From assembly GCA_035583355.1 (NCBI GenBank), contig DATEZQ010000001.1, forward strand, positions 10,566 through 74,565: a stretch of DNA of 64,000 bases, in the 5' to 3' direction. The position numbers and the translations under genes are program-made. The notes below the pieces were generated by a model, which ran no database searches, had not been told where the DNA came from, and saw only the letters and a list, made by a program, of their open reading frames with translations. Below are positions 19,309 through 28,400 of the stretch, in pieces; position 1 is the first letter of the stretch; each line of letters opens with the position of its first letter. Origin of the DNA: Minisyncoccota bacterium (GTDB lineage Bacteria > Patescibacteriota > Minisyncoccia > Phycocordibacterales > UBA6899).

Positions 19309-20631
19309 ATGAAAAACTTTCTTCGAGACATCACTACACGCATTATGTCCGCGCTTGCAGAAAGCGCGCTTTTGCGACATAAACCGTTTATTATCGGAGT
19401 CACAGGTAGCGTGGGGAAGACGACGACAAAAGACGCAATCGCGCACGTGCTCGCAGAACACACGAGCGTGCGCAAGAGTGATAAGAGTTTTAATAGTGAG
19501 ATTGGGCTACCTTTGGCGATTCTTGGGCTTCCGAATGCATGGCTTAGTCCGTGGGGCTGGTTCAAGAATATCGTTGCAGGAATAAAGATTGCATATTTCC
19601 ATAAGGAGTTTCCAAAGGTACTCGTACTTGAAATTGGCGCAGATAAGCCGGGTGATATCGGTCGTGCGATGAAGTGGATTCATCCATTGATTGGTGTGCT
19701 GACTAGGCTGCCCGATAGGCCAGTACATGTCGAGAATTTTCCTACGCCCGAGCTTGTGCGTGAAGAAAAGGCAAAGTTGATTGCAGCACTTCCAGAAAGT
19801 GGCGTATTTGTCGCAAATGCAGATGATGAGCGCGTTATGAAACTTGCCGAAGATGCACACATGAAGGTAATTAGTTATGGTTTCAAGGAAGGCGCAATGG
19901 TTATGGGTAGTAGCGTTGCTATCACATATGCGGATGCCAAGAAGACTATTCCTCGTGGTGTTTCGATGGACGTGACTTACGGTAGGGAGACCGCCGTGGT
20001 ACATATTGATGGCGTGCTTGGTGAGCATATTCTCGCAAGTGCACTTGCCGCAATTGCGGTGGCGCTTGCACGCGATATACGCTTCATGGATGCGGTTAGA
20101 GACGCAAGTGGATGGAAGACTGCACCAGGAAGAATGCGTATCATAAAAGGCAAAAATGGAGCAACCATAATCGATGATAGCTATAATGCTTCACCCGTAG
20201 CGATGAGAGCCGCTCTTGATACACTCAAAACTATTCCTGCTGTTCACCGTATTGCGGTGCTTGGGGACATGCTCGAACTTGGTAAGTACAGCGATGAGGA
20301 ACACAAAGCTGTCGGAGCATACGCAGCATCTTTCGTTTCTGGACTTGTTGTAGTCGGGAAGCGCGCACGACTAATGGCCGAGGCGGCCCTCCTTGCAGGA
20401 CTCCCCGCTAATCGCATTCGCATATTTACCAACTCCGTTGAAGCGGGTGAGGCGCTTGCTCGTGAAATTGGAGAAGGTGATGTGCTCCTCGTGAAAGGTT
20501 CACAAGGAAGTGGTGCAAATATGGTGCGCATGGAACGAGCGACAAAGCAAATGATGGCAGATATTGCCGATGCGAAGAAGCTTCTCGTAAGGCAGGAGAT
20601 GGAATGGGAAAAGCAATATCGAAAGGTATAA
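19309..20631 (+). CDS. murF: UDP-N-acetylmuramoyl-tripeptide--D-alanyl-D-alanine ligase
   Basis: GVTGSVGKTTTKD P-loop, NSEIGLPLAIL, DDSYNASP and Mur ligase C-terminal domain. Confidence 0.8.
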   Translation: MKNFLRDITTRIMSALAESALLRHKPFIIGVTGSVGKTTTKDAIAHVLAEHTSVRKSDKSFNSEIGLPLAILGLPNAWLSPWGWFKNIVAGIKIAYFHKEFPKVLVLEIGADKPGDIGRAMKWIHPLIGVLTRLPDRPVHVENFPTPELVREEKAKLIAALPESGVFVANADDERVMKLAEDAHMKVISYGFKEGAMVMGSSVAITYADAKKTIPRGVSMDVTYGRETAVVHIDGVLGEHILASALAAIAVALARDIRFMDAVRDASGWKTAPGRMRIIKGKNGATIIDDSYNASPVAMRAALDTLKTIPAVHRIAVLGDMLELGKYSDEEHKAVGAYAASFVSGLVVVGKRARLMAEAALLAGLPANRIRIFTNSVEAGEALAREIGEGDVLLVKGSQGSGANMVRMERATKQMMADIADAKKLLVRQEMEWEKQYRKV

Positions 20632-20635
20632 TGTG

Positions 20636-20664
20636 AAATGACCACGAATGTGGTCATTTTTATC
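20636..20664 (+). terminator. intrinsic terminator after murF
   Basis: aaatgaccacgaatgtggtcattttt. Confidence 0.7.
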
Positions 20665-20767
20665 TTGGCTCTCTTCTTCATGGGCGCTTCATGCGCCTGT
20701 GGTATACTGATAGGCCGTCATAATCGCGCCCTAAGGGCCCATTATTCGTCCATGTTATACTTTACCT

Positions 20768-21607
20768 ATGAATCTTACAGCTAGTGTCGTTTCTGCGTTC
20801 ATTTCTTCGCACCTGTTCATGCTAGGGCTTATTGTTGCCGTGCTTGTTTTTGAGCTTATTTTAAGCACCTATCTTCAGCAATTGAAATCATCCTATGAGC
20901 GCAAGCAGGTGGGTCTTTCTGATGAGTCTGAGATTGAGGAACTTTCCATTGAATATTACAGTAGGAAGCAACGTGTTTCGTTACTGCGCGCCGGCACAAT
21001 TACTGTCGCCCTTCTTGTGGGGCTTGTGGTATATGATGTACGTGCAATCACATTTATCGCCCTTGCTGTCGGTGCCAGTGTGCTTGTGTTCAAGGAGAGT
21101 ATTAATTCGATTATTTCCTACTTCCATATTCTTTCGAATTATCATGTTGGTGATGATGTGAGTGTGCTTGGGGTGCGTGGGGAAGTGCTCCATATTCGTC
21201 CCTTGGTGACGACCATCCTCGGAAAGAATGATGATGGTGAGTACAATGGACGCGTGACCGCAATCCCAAACTATCAGTTTACCTGGACACCTGTTGAGCG
21301 CATGCAGATGAAGTCAAACAGCTATATGCTGGTAAAGATGAATATCCCTTTTGAGTCTTCATTGTTTAAACAGACATTTGCTGAATTCGTTAAAGATCTT
21401 CGTGCGCACCTCGATGAGATGCTCCCAAGACGCACTATAAAGAAAGTTGGATATTTCAGATCATATGTCGGCTATCGTTACAAGATAGAATATAGTTATG
21501 ATCTTGATGCGCGCATTATTCTGCATATTACTTTTGTGAGTCAGTCGAAGCGCATCCCTGATCGCAAAGAGCGCATTATCGATTACGTTGAATCGTGCAA
21601 GAAATAA
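20768..21607 (+). CDS. MscS-like mechanosensitive channel family protein
   Basis: TM helices followed by an MscS-like beta domain (VGDDVSVLGVRGEVLHIRPLVTTILGKNDDGEYNGRVTAIPN). Confidence 0.6.
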   Translation: MNLTASVVSAFISSHLFMLGLIVAVLVFELILSTYLQQLKSSYERKQVGLSDESEIEELSIEYYSRKQRVSLLRAGTITVALLVGLVVYDVRAITFIALAVGASVLVFKESINSIISYFHILSNYHVGDDVSVLGVRGEVLHIRPLVTTILGKNDDGEYNGRVTAIPNYQFTWTPVERMQMKSNSYMLVKMNIPFESSLFKQTFAEFVKDLRAHLDEMLPRRTIKKVGYFRSYVGYRYKIEYSYDLDARIILHITFVSQSKRIPDRKERIIDYVESCKK

Positions 21608-21696
21608 CAGCAAAACACGCTGTTTTTCTTTGCATGAAACCTTTATTGCAATTGGTGGTTATATCATTGGACGCACCGCAAACGCAGAGGTCAATC

Positions 21697-22506
21697 ATGA
21701 ATATGTCAAAAAGAGTAATCAGGTGCACTTGTGTTTTGGATTTGTGGAAACACTTGGGGAAGTTTTTACTCATGGAAGCACATGCAGGACTATTTGTTGG
21801 ATTACTCCTTATTGTCTTTGCAATTTCTCGCGAGTACACATTTCTCTTACCCCGTTACGATTTCATTTTTGCTGCAGCACTCCTCATTCAGTCATTACTC
21901 ATCATTTTTAAGTTCGAGACAATGTCTGAGGTACGTGCTATTACGTTCTTTCATATCGTCGGCTTTGTGCTCGAAGTATTCAAGACGCATCCGAGCATCG
22001 GTTCGTGGTCTTATCCTGAGTTTGGATATACAAAAATATTGGGCGTCCCGCTCTATGCGGGATTCATGTATGCCTCTATCGGCAGCTATATGATGCGTGC
22101 ATGGAAGGACTTTGAACTTTCAATCATTCATCCACCGAAGAGATGGCTCGCGGTGCTGCTTGCGTCACTCGTGTACCTCAATTTCTTTACACATCACTAC
22201 ATCTTTGATTTCCGCTATATACTTATCGCACTCATACTCTTTGTGTTTCGTAAGACAACAATTCACTACAGGGCGTTTGGGGGAGTGCGACGCCTGCATT
22301 CAAGTTTGGTATTCTTTTTCTTTGGTATTATGATTTGGATTGCAGAGAATATCGCTACTTACCTTGGTGCATGGCAATATCCCCATCAGTCTTTGGGGTG
22401 GCACATTGTGCATCCCCAGAAGATCATTTCATGGGCACTGCTTGTCATCATTAGCTTCATCATAGTCGCATCTCGTGATAAAGCTTGGAGAGGCCTCGAG
22501 CGGTAA
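21697..22506 (+). CDS. integral membrane protein of unknown function
   Basis: Multiple TM helices. SD agagg 6 nt before the ATG at 21697. A terminator-like hairpin at 21607-21635 separates it from the upstream gene. Confidence 0.55.
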   Translation: MNMSKRVIRCTCVLDLWKHLGKFLLMEAHAGLFVGLLLIVFAISREYTFLLPRYDFIFAAALLIQSLLIIFKFETMSEVRAITFFHIVGFVLEVFKTHPSIGSWSYPEFGYTKILGVPLYAGFMYASIGSYMMRAWKDFELSIIHPPKRWLAVLLASLVYLNFFTHHYIFDFRYILIALILFVFRKTTIHYRAFGGVRRLHSSLVFFFFGIMIWIAENIATYLGAWQYPHQSLGWHIVHPQKIISWALLVIISFIIVASRDKAWRGLER

Positions 22507-22509
22507 TTC

Positions 22510-22537
22510 AAAACCAGGAGCATGCTCCTGGTTTTTT
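22510..22537. terminator. bidirectional terminator
   Basis: aaaaccaggagc-at-gctcctggtttttt. Confidence 0.75.
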
Positions 22538-23114
22538 AATCATTAAAGTGATGACCGAACTTCTTCTTTTTTGTATCGAGATAGTGCTTATTATGAGCAT
22601 TCGCTTCAATGATAAGAGGTATGCGTTCCGCGACATGCACGCCGAGTTCGCGCATAGAAGTAACCTTTTTGGGATTATTCGTAATGAGTTTGATGGTGTC
22701 AATCCCAAGATCGTCCAGAACATTTTTTGCCATTGCATATGTCCTCCCGTCCGCATCGTGGCCAAGGAGAATATTTGCTTCATAGGTATCATGTCCATCT
22801 TCTTGGAGTTTGTACGCTTTGATCTTTTCGAAAAGGCCGATACCACGACCTTCCTGGCGCAGGTAGATGAATACGCCGTTGCCTGATTCTGCAATCATGC
22901 GCAGGGATGCTTCTTTTTGAGGACCACAGTCGCAGCGTAGGCTGCCAAAGGTGTCACCAGTCAGGCATTCGCTATGAATGCGCACGAGCGGGTGCATATG
23001 AGGCGCCAGGCGGGGAGTGGAGAGTACGACGGTTTCTCTACCGAGTTCTTGTTTATAGACGGTGATAGAGAAATTCCCAAAGTCACTTGGAAGCTTTGCA
23101 GAGAGGTGTTCCAT
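22536..23114 (-). CDS. ribA: GTP cyclohydrolase II
   Basis: Zinc-binding CxxC...C signature (IHSECLTGD...CDCG) and a RibA-like C-terminus. I chose the internal ATG (MEHLSAK) as the start. Confidence 0.8.
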   Translation of the reverse strand: MEHLSAKLPSDFGNFSITVYKQELGRETVVLSTPRLAPHMHPLVRIHSECLTGDTFGSLRCDCGPQKEASLRMIAESGNGVFIYLRQEGRGIGLFEKIKAYKLQEDGHDTYEANILLGHDADGRTYAMAKNVLDDLGIDTIKLITNNPKKVTSMRELGVHVAERIPLIIEANAHNKHYLDTKKKKFGHHFND

Positions 23115-23198
23115 AGGGATATTGTAGCATGTGTGTAGAGGACCAGTATAAAAGGAAAGTATGTGCAAAAAACCGAGCACTGCTCGGTTTTTAACTGC

Positions 23199-24611
23199 TT
23201 ATTCACATTCACCATTATAGACCGGAAGACATCCGATTGATGGTTTTGCGTTAGGGTCCGCATTGAGATCATTCACGATATGCGCATCAAGTTTTGCGCG
23301 AAGCTCGTCCTTCTTTGCGATATTCGTCGCAGCGAGATCGGTGAGTTCTTTAGGATCTGAATTTAGGTCATAAAGCTCCTCCTTTCCCGTTTGTAATGTA
23401 CGGATGTATTTCCATCCATCCGCTGTGCGAATACTGCGCATATGAGTGAAGTCGCGGTAGTCCGTCTCGGTGAAGACGTCATAGCCGGGCTTTGCGGGGT
23501 CAGTGATGTACTCAAGAAGATTTGGTCGACCAGATACTTGCTGAGCGAATTGCGCAGAAGGTGTGACGCCTGCGATCTTGAGGATTGCTGCGGCAGTATC
23601 CATCATACTCACTTGATTCTTTACTACACTACCACCTGCAACACCAGGGATCTTGAAGATGAGTGGAACGCGTACGAGTTCATCATAGAGCGCGTGTCCA
23701 TGGTCAAAACCCTTGTGTTCGTAGAATTCCTCACCGTGATCGGAAACGACGACGATTACTGTCTTGTCGAGGAGTCCACGAGTCTTCAATTCGTCGAGGA
23801 ATCCTTGGAGCTTTGCGTCAGCATCATGTATCTTACTGTCATACCATGCAGTCCAGAATGCAGCATCCTCTTTGGTCATAGAGAGAGGGGCGACGAGCTG
23901 ATCCTCACGAAGCTTTGCCTCTTCTTCCATCGTACCTTTGAATGGGCCAGTATAGTTCGTTGGTGCAAACGTACCCTTGTAGTCTTTTCCGATTCCTGCA
24001 AACTGTCCGTGAAGGTCATAGCCGTGGAAGAACATGAAGAACTTTTGATCCTTTCCAAGGCTATCTAGCCACTGCATTGCATGCTGATTGCTATTTTCGA
24101 GGCCGCCAAACGTGACTTCGTCAGTGTATGCGTCGAAACCTTGGTTGTATCCGAACTTTGCGGAAACTCCTGCATCACCGGTGAATCCTCCCGTTGCGTA
24201 TCCTGCTTTTTTGAATTGTTCTGCGAGTGTCTCGATGTTTGGAGAAATTTCTTTAAGGTTCGAGAGTTTCTTTGTTTCTTTGGTAAAGATCCTGAACTTA
24301 TTGATGACCCCATGTACGCCAGGATAACTACCGGTCATAATAGCCATGAAACCAGGCACCGTCCACGGAGCCGCTGAGATCGATTGCTGAAAGATCGTTC
24401 CTTCGCTCGCAAGCGTATCAAGTACCGGGGTAGTTTTGCGTTCGTAGCCCAAGCTGCTTAAGTGGTCGGCGCGTAATGTGTCTACTCCAATAATGATGAC
24501 GTTACAGTCTTTGCAAGATGGATGCTTATCAAAAAGAGGTGATTTGATTATTGTAAATAGAGCAACAATTCCTATGATTCCTAGTAGTGTAATTTTTGTG
24601 TATGTGTGCAT
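23199..24611 (-). CDS. sulfatase-family (alkaline phosphatase superfamily) membrane-anchored hydrolase, paralog 1
   Basis: N-terminal TM then VIIIGVDTLRADHLS, typical of the sulfatase/LTA-synthase fold. No C-x-P-x-R formylglycine motif seen. Confidence 0.7.
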   Translation of the reverse strand: MHTYTKITLLGIIGIVALFTIIKSPLFDKHPSCKDCNVIIIGVDTLRADHLSSLGYERKTTPVLDTLASEGTIFQQSISAAPWTVPGFMAIMTGSYPGVHGVINKFRIFTKETKKLSNLKEISPNIETLAEQFKKAGYATGGFTGDAGVSAKFGYNQGFDAYTDEVTFGGLENSNQHAMQWLDSLGKDQKFFMFFHGYDLHGQFAGIGKDYKGTFAPTNYTGPFKGTMEEEAKLREDQLVAPLSMTKEDAAFWTAWYDSKIHDADAKLQGFLDELKTRGLLDKTVIVVVSDHGEEFYEHKGFDHGHALYDELVRVPLIFKIPGVAGGSVVKNQVSMMDTAAAILKIAGVTPSAQFAQQVSGRPNLLEYITDPAKPGYDVFTETDYRDFTHMRSIRTADGWKYIRTLQTGKEELYDLNSDPKELTDLAATNIAKKDELRAKLDAHIVNDLNADPNAKPSIGCLPVYNGECE

Positions 24612-24671
24612 ATGTTCAATTTATAGCAATATGGTTGGAGGGTAGTGCAATGGGTGGGATGGGGAGTGGTA

Positions 24672-26225
24672 CTAGAAATATGGCTGTATCTCTAGGGTTG
24701 TCTGTGCTGGCAACTTCATCTTGAATTGCTCACGTTCCCATTGCTTGAGTTTTTCTTCGAGGTAAATGATTTCAGGATTTTCGCGTTCTCTAGTGTAGAT
24801 GTTGTTTGTTTCCCTTGGGTCAGTACCAAGGTGATAAAGCTCATATTCTGAATAAGACTGAGGCGAAGCGCGGAAGTTATTGTGCCATGCCCATCTATCA
24901 AGTGCGCGGTGGGCACGTCGATGTATAAGCTTCCAATCATGCGTGCGGATCGCGACATCCGCAAAATGTTCCTGGTCATCAAGGGCAAGAAAACCCTCAA
25001 GACCCTCATAGTAGGACATCACTCTTTCCCACATGGAAGTGCGGGTGATGTAGACTGCCTCTCGAGGGTTATTTGCGCGCCCCATGATGTACGGAGAGAG
25101 ATCATAACCCTCCGTTTCAATTTGAGGGAATGTAAGGAGTGCGAGGAGTGTGGGGATGATATCGACTCCCGATACAAGGCCGTCTATTCGCCCGGGGTTC
25201 AACATTGGTGACTTGATGATGAGGGGTGTGTGTGTCTGCTCATCAAAAATATCATAGTGAAGAACGTATCCACGTTCATTCAGTCCCTCGCCATGTTCTG
25301 ACTCGAGAATAACAATGGTATTCTTATCGATTCCTGATTCCTTAAGGAAGCTGAAAAGTTGTCCAATTCTCCTGTCGGTCATTAGGATACCATCATCGTA
25401 CCTGCCGACGATGAAATCAAAATCATTTTTTCCGAGCTGTGCTATAGGCTCAAATTTTGCCTGTGGCCCGCGGCGAGCAAAGACTGTATTTTCAAAGAGA
25501 TGATCGACAAGCTTCCATGTGTTCTTCGATGCGGTTTTGAAGTACCCATCATATGTTGAGCTACTGAAGTGGTGCGGCTCTGATTGTCCGTAGGGCCAGT
25601 GCACTGATCCAATTGGTAGCCAGAGGAAGAATGGGCTACTGCTTGCACTTACTACGCTTATCCAATCAATCGAATCACCGATTAGATTTTTGTCACGTCC
25701 ATTGAATTCACTTGCTGTAGCCTCTGAGAATACGTAGCGGTCAAATCCTCGGCTCAAGCTATGGCCAGCATTATATCCTTTGAATTCTGGTGAAGTACCA
25801 AAGGCCGCAGTCTGATATCCATGGTCTTTAAGTAATCGAGCAAGATTCGGTGTCGAGGTAGGGAGTGTCTCTTGGAAATTTACAACACCTGTTGTGAAAG
25901 GGTATTTTCCAGTATGAACACTTACTTCACTGATTGGAGTTAGGTGGCTCGTGGAAAAATAATTATTGAACACAACCGCCTCCTTTGACCATTTGTCGAT
26001 ATGAGGAGTTGTGTCACGGGAATAACCATAGATTCCCATGTGGTCTGCTCGGAGACTGTCGATTGAGATGAGGATGACATTGAGTGGCTTTGCAGGTTTC
26101 GTAGGAAGGAGATATGAAATGCAAAGATACCCTGCGAAGAGGACGAGGGGGATGAGAAGGAGGGCGATGCGGAAGTGGTGGTGGATGCGGCGGGCGTGGT
26201 GTTTGATGCGGGGGTGAAGGTGCAT
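24672..26225 (-). CDS. sulfatase-family membrane-anchored hydrolase, paralog 2 (His-rich N-terminus)
   Basis: VILISIDSLRADHMG motif. In tandem with paralog 1. Confidence 0.7.
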   Translation of the reverse strand: MHLHPRIKHHARRIHHHFRIALLLIPLVLFAGYLCISYLLPTKPAKPLNVILISIDSLRADHMGIYGYSRDTTPHIDKWSKEAVVFNNYFSTSHLTPISEVSVHTGKYPFTTGVVNFQETLPTSTPNLARLLKDHGYQTAAFGTSPEFKGYNAGHSLSRGFDRYVFSEATASEFNGRDKNLIGDSIDWISVVSASSSPFFLWLPIGSVHWPYGQSEPHHFSSSTYDGYFKTASKNTWKLVDHLFENTVFARRGPQAKFEPIAQLGKNDFDFIVGRYDDGILMTDRRIGQLFSFLKESGIDKNTIVILESEHGEGLNERGYVLHYDIFDEQTHTPLIIKSPMLNPGRIDGLVSGVDIIPTLLALLTFPQIETEGYDLSPYIMGRANNPREAVYITRTSMWERVMSYYEGLEGFLALDDQEHFADVAIRTHDWKLIHRRAHRALDRWAWHNNFRASPQSYSEYELYHLGTDPRETNNIYTRERENPEIIYLEEKLKQWEREQFKMKLPAQTTLEIQPYF

Positions 26226-26329
26226 AAAAAGAAGATAAGACTTAGGCTTTGCTTAAGTATAATGCATGATAGGCGCGAGGGGGAGGGGATAGCAATACAA
26301 AAAACGAGGCTGCTATGCCTCGTTTCACT

Positions 26330-27540
26330 TTACTCATAGCGTAGCGCTTCGGCAGGTTCCATGCGTGAGGCCTGTCGTGCAGGAAGAAGTCCTGAGATTA
26401 CTCCGACGACAAAGGTGAGGAAGAGTATGACGAATAGCCCAAAGAAGTCTAACGATGCAAAAGAGAAGAGTCCACGAATTCCATTACTCTCACCGTATTT
26501 TCCAATAAGGAAGGCGAGTAGGATTCCAAAGGTGATACCCAGTATTCCTCCAACAAGTCCGATGATTCCTGACTCCAAGAGAAAAAGCGTGAGTACGTTG
26601 TCGTTTGTCGCACCGATTGCCTTCATGATTCCGATTTGTTTCGTTCGTTCAAATACAGAGGTATACATGGTATTCATAACCCCCACGGCTCCGACAATGA
26701 GCGAGATAAGCGCAATGATGACCAAGACAAGCTCGATGATGGTAAGGACATTGCCTGCAAGTCGTTCTGTTTTTGCAGGTGTTAGTACAGAGAAGTCTCT
26801 TACTTGGTCTTGCTTTCCCAACTCAAACTTGATCTGTTTTGCGATGAGGTTTACATTTGCGTCAGGATAGAGTTTTATATCAGCATTCATTGCCACGCCA
26901 CGAACACCCGTTAGGTTGCGGAATGTCCCAATAGACATGAGTATGATATTATCTGCCATTTGTTCACCGATAGAGGAGAGTACTCCTGCAACTTTCATTT
27001 TCTTCCCGCGAATGATGATCTCATCACCTACTTTTGGATGTCCTTTGAACAAAGCGTTCGCCACTTTATTTCCGATGATGATATCTGTTGAATCTATATC
27101 TGTAGGCCAATGGCCAGACTCGATTTTAATACCTTCGGATTCTTCCATGAGCTCCTTTGCAAGTCCCCATTGTATGCCATTGACGAGCGTGGATTTCTTT
27201 TCACCCATGAACTCTATGTTCATTGATGCAATGTCCTCAATCGCGACGAATTTGATTCCCTCGATTCTTTCAAGGGCGAAGAGGTCTTTTTCCTTGAATC
27301 GATCTCCACCAAAAAGGCTCGCAAGGGGATTACTCTCCTTGCCAGGAAAGACTACGATGAGATCAGAGCCGAACATTTGTAATGTGCTCTTGATTGAGTT
27401 CTGTATTCCATCTCCGAGCGCAAGAATGACCACGACGAGCATGATGCCGATGACAATACCCAAAATAGTCAACCAACTGCGCATCGGGCGATAGCGTATT
27501 CCTTTGAGGATTAAGACTAGGAATTTATTCAACATGATAT
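26330..27540 (-). CDS. ABC transporter permease (MacB/FtsX-like)
   Basis: MacB periplasmic core plus a C-terminal FtsX-like 3-TM domain. The start ATG lies 2 nt after the ATPase stop. Confidence 0.8.
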
Positions 27541-28394
27541 TAGCGTAGTTTTTCATGCACCGTACCATTACGCACCAAACGACCGTCTTTGAAGCTGATC
27601 ACTTGATCGGCCTTTTTTGCGATATTCAGATCATGGGTGACGATGAGCAATGTCTTCTTGTGCACCTTGTGCAGGTCAATGAGGATCTCCAGGATCTTTC
27701 CTCCAGTGACTGAGTCCAGATTTCCTGTGGGTTCATCGCCAAGAAGTATTGCGGGGTCATTTGCGAGGGCGCGCAAAAGGGCGATGCGCTGTTGTTCTCC
27801 GCCAGAAAGTTCCGTGGGTCGATGTTCCATACGATCCTTGAGTACCATCTCTCCAAAAAAGTGAGCGAGCATCTTTTCGTTCGGGGGAGTTGTGGAGAAT
27901 ACGAGTGGAAGGAGGGCATTTTCCTCAGCGGTGAGCCAGGGAATGAGATTGTACTGTTGAAACACGAAACCAAAAGTAAGCGAGCGCAACTGCGCGCGCT
28001 TGTCATCATCAAGATCGGTGATATCTTTTCCTTTAAGAAATATGCGTCCACTCGTTGGTCTGTCGAGTAGCCCCACCATGTTCAGCGTTGTACTTTTCCC
28101 GGAACCCGATGGTCCTACAATGACAGTAAAGTCTCCTTCCCAGATATGGAGGTGTAGCCCCTTTAGTACTTCAGTACGAATCGTTCCTGTGTCGAAGATT
28201 TTCCATACGTCATGCAGTCTCATCAAGGGCTCCTGTTCGTAGCGTGCTGGATCCTTCTTGTATCGTTGAACGCAAAATTTGCCACAGAAGTAGCGTTTTT
28301 GTTTACCACGTCCAAGTGAGGGGGAGTCAGAAAATTCTGCAATGTTCATTCCACAGACGGGGTCGATGATGAGTTTTGTTCCTTCATTGTCCAT
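27540..28394 (-). CDS. ABC transporter ATP-binding protein with N-terminal YHS/TRASH metal-binding domain
   Basis: N-terminal DPVCGM...YFCGKFCVQRYKKDPARY (YHS/TRASH signature). Then Walker A GPSGSGKST, LSGGEQQRIA and Walker B LLGDEPTGNLD. Confidence 0.85.
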   Translation of the reverse strand: MDNEGTKLIIDPVCGMNIAEFSDSPSLGRGKQKRYFCGKFCVQRYKKDPARYEQEPLMRLHDVWKIFDTGTIRTEVLKGLHLHIWEGDFTVIVGPSGSGKSTTLNMVGLLDRPTSGRIFLKGKDITDLDDDKRAQLRSLTFGFVFQQYNLIPWLTAEENALLPLVFSTTPPNEKMLAHFFGEMVLKDRMEHRPTELSGGEQQRIALLRALANDPAILLGDEPTGNLDSVTGGKILEILIDLHKVHKKTLLIVTHDLNIAKKADQVISFKDGRLVRNGTVHEKLR

Positions 28395-28400
28395 AGTGTA

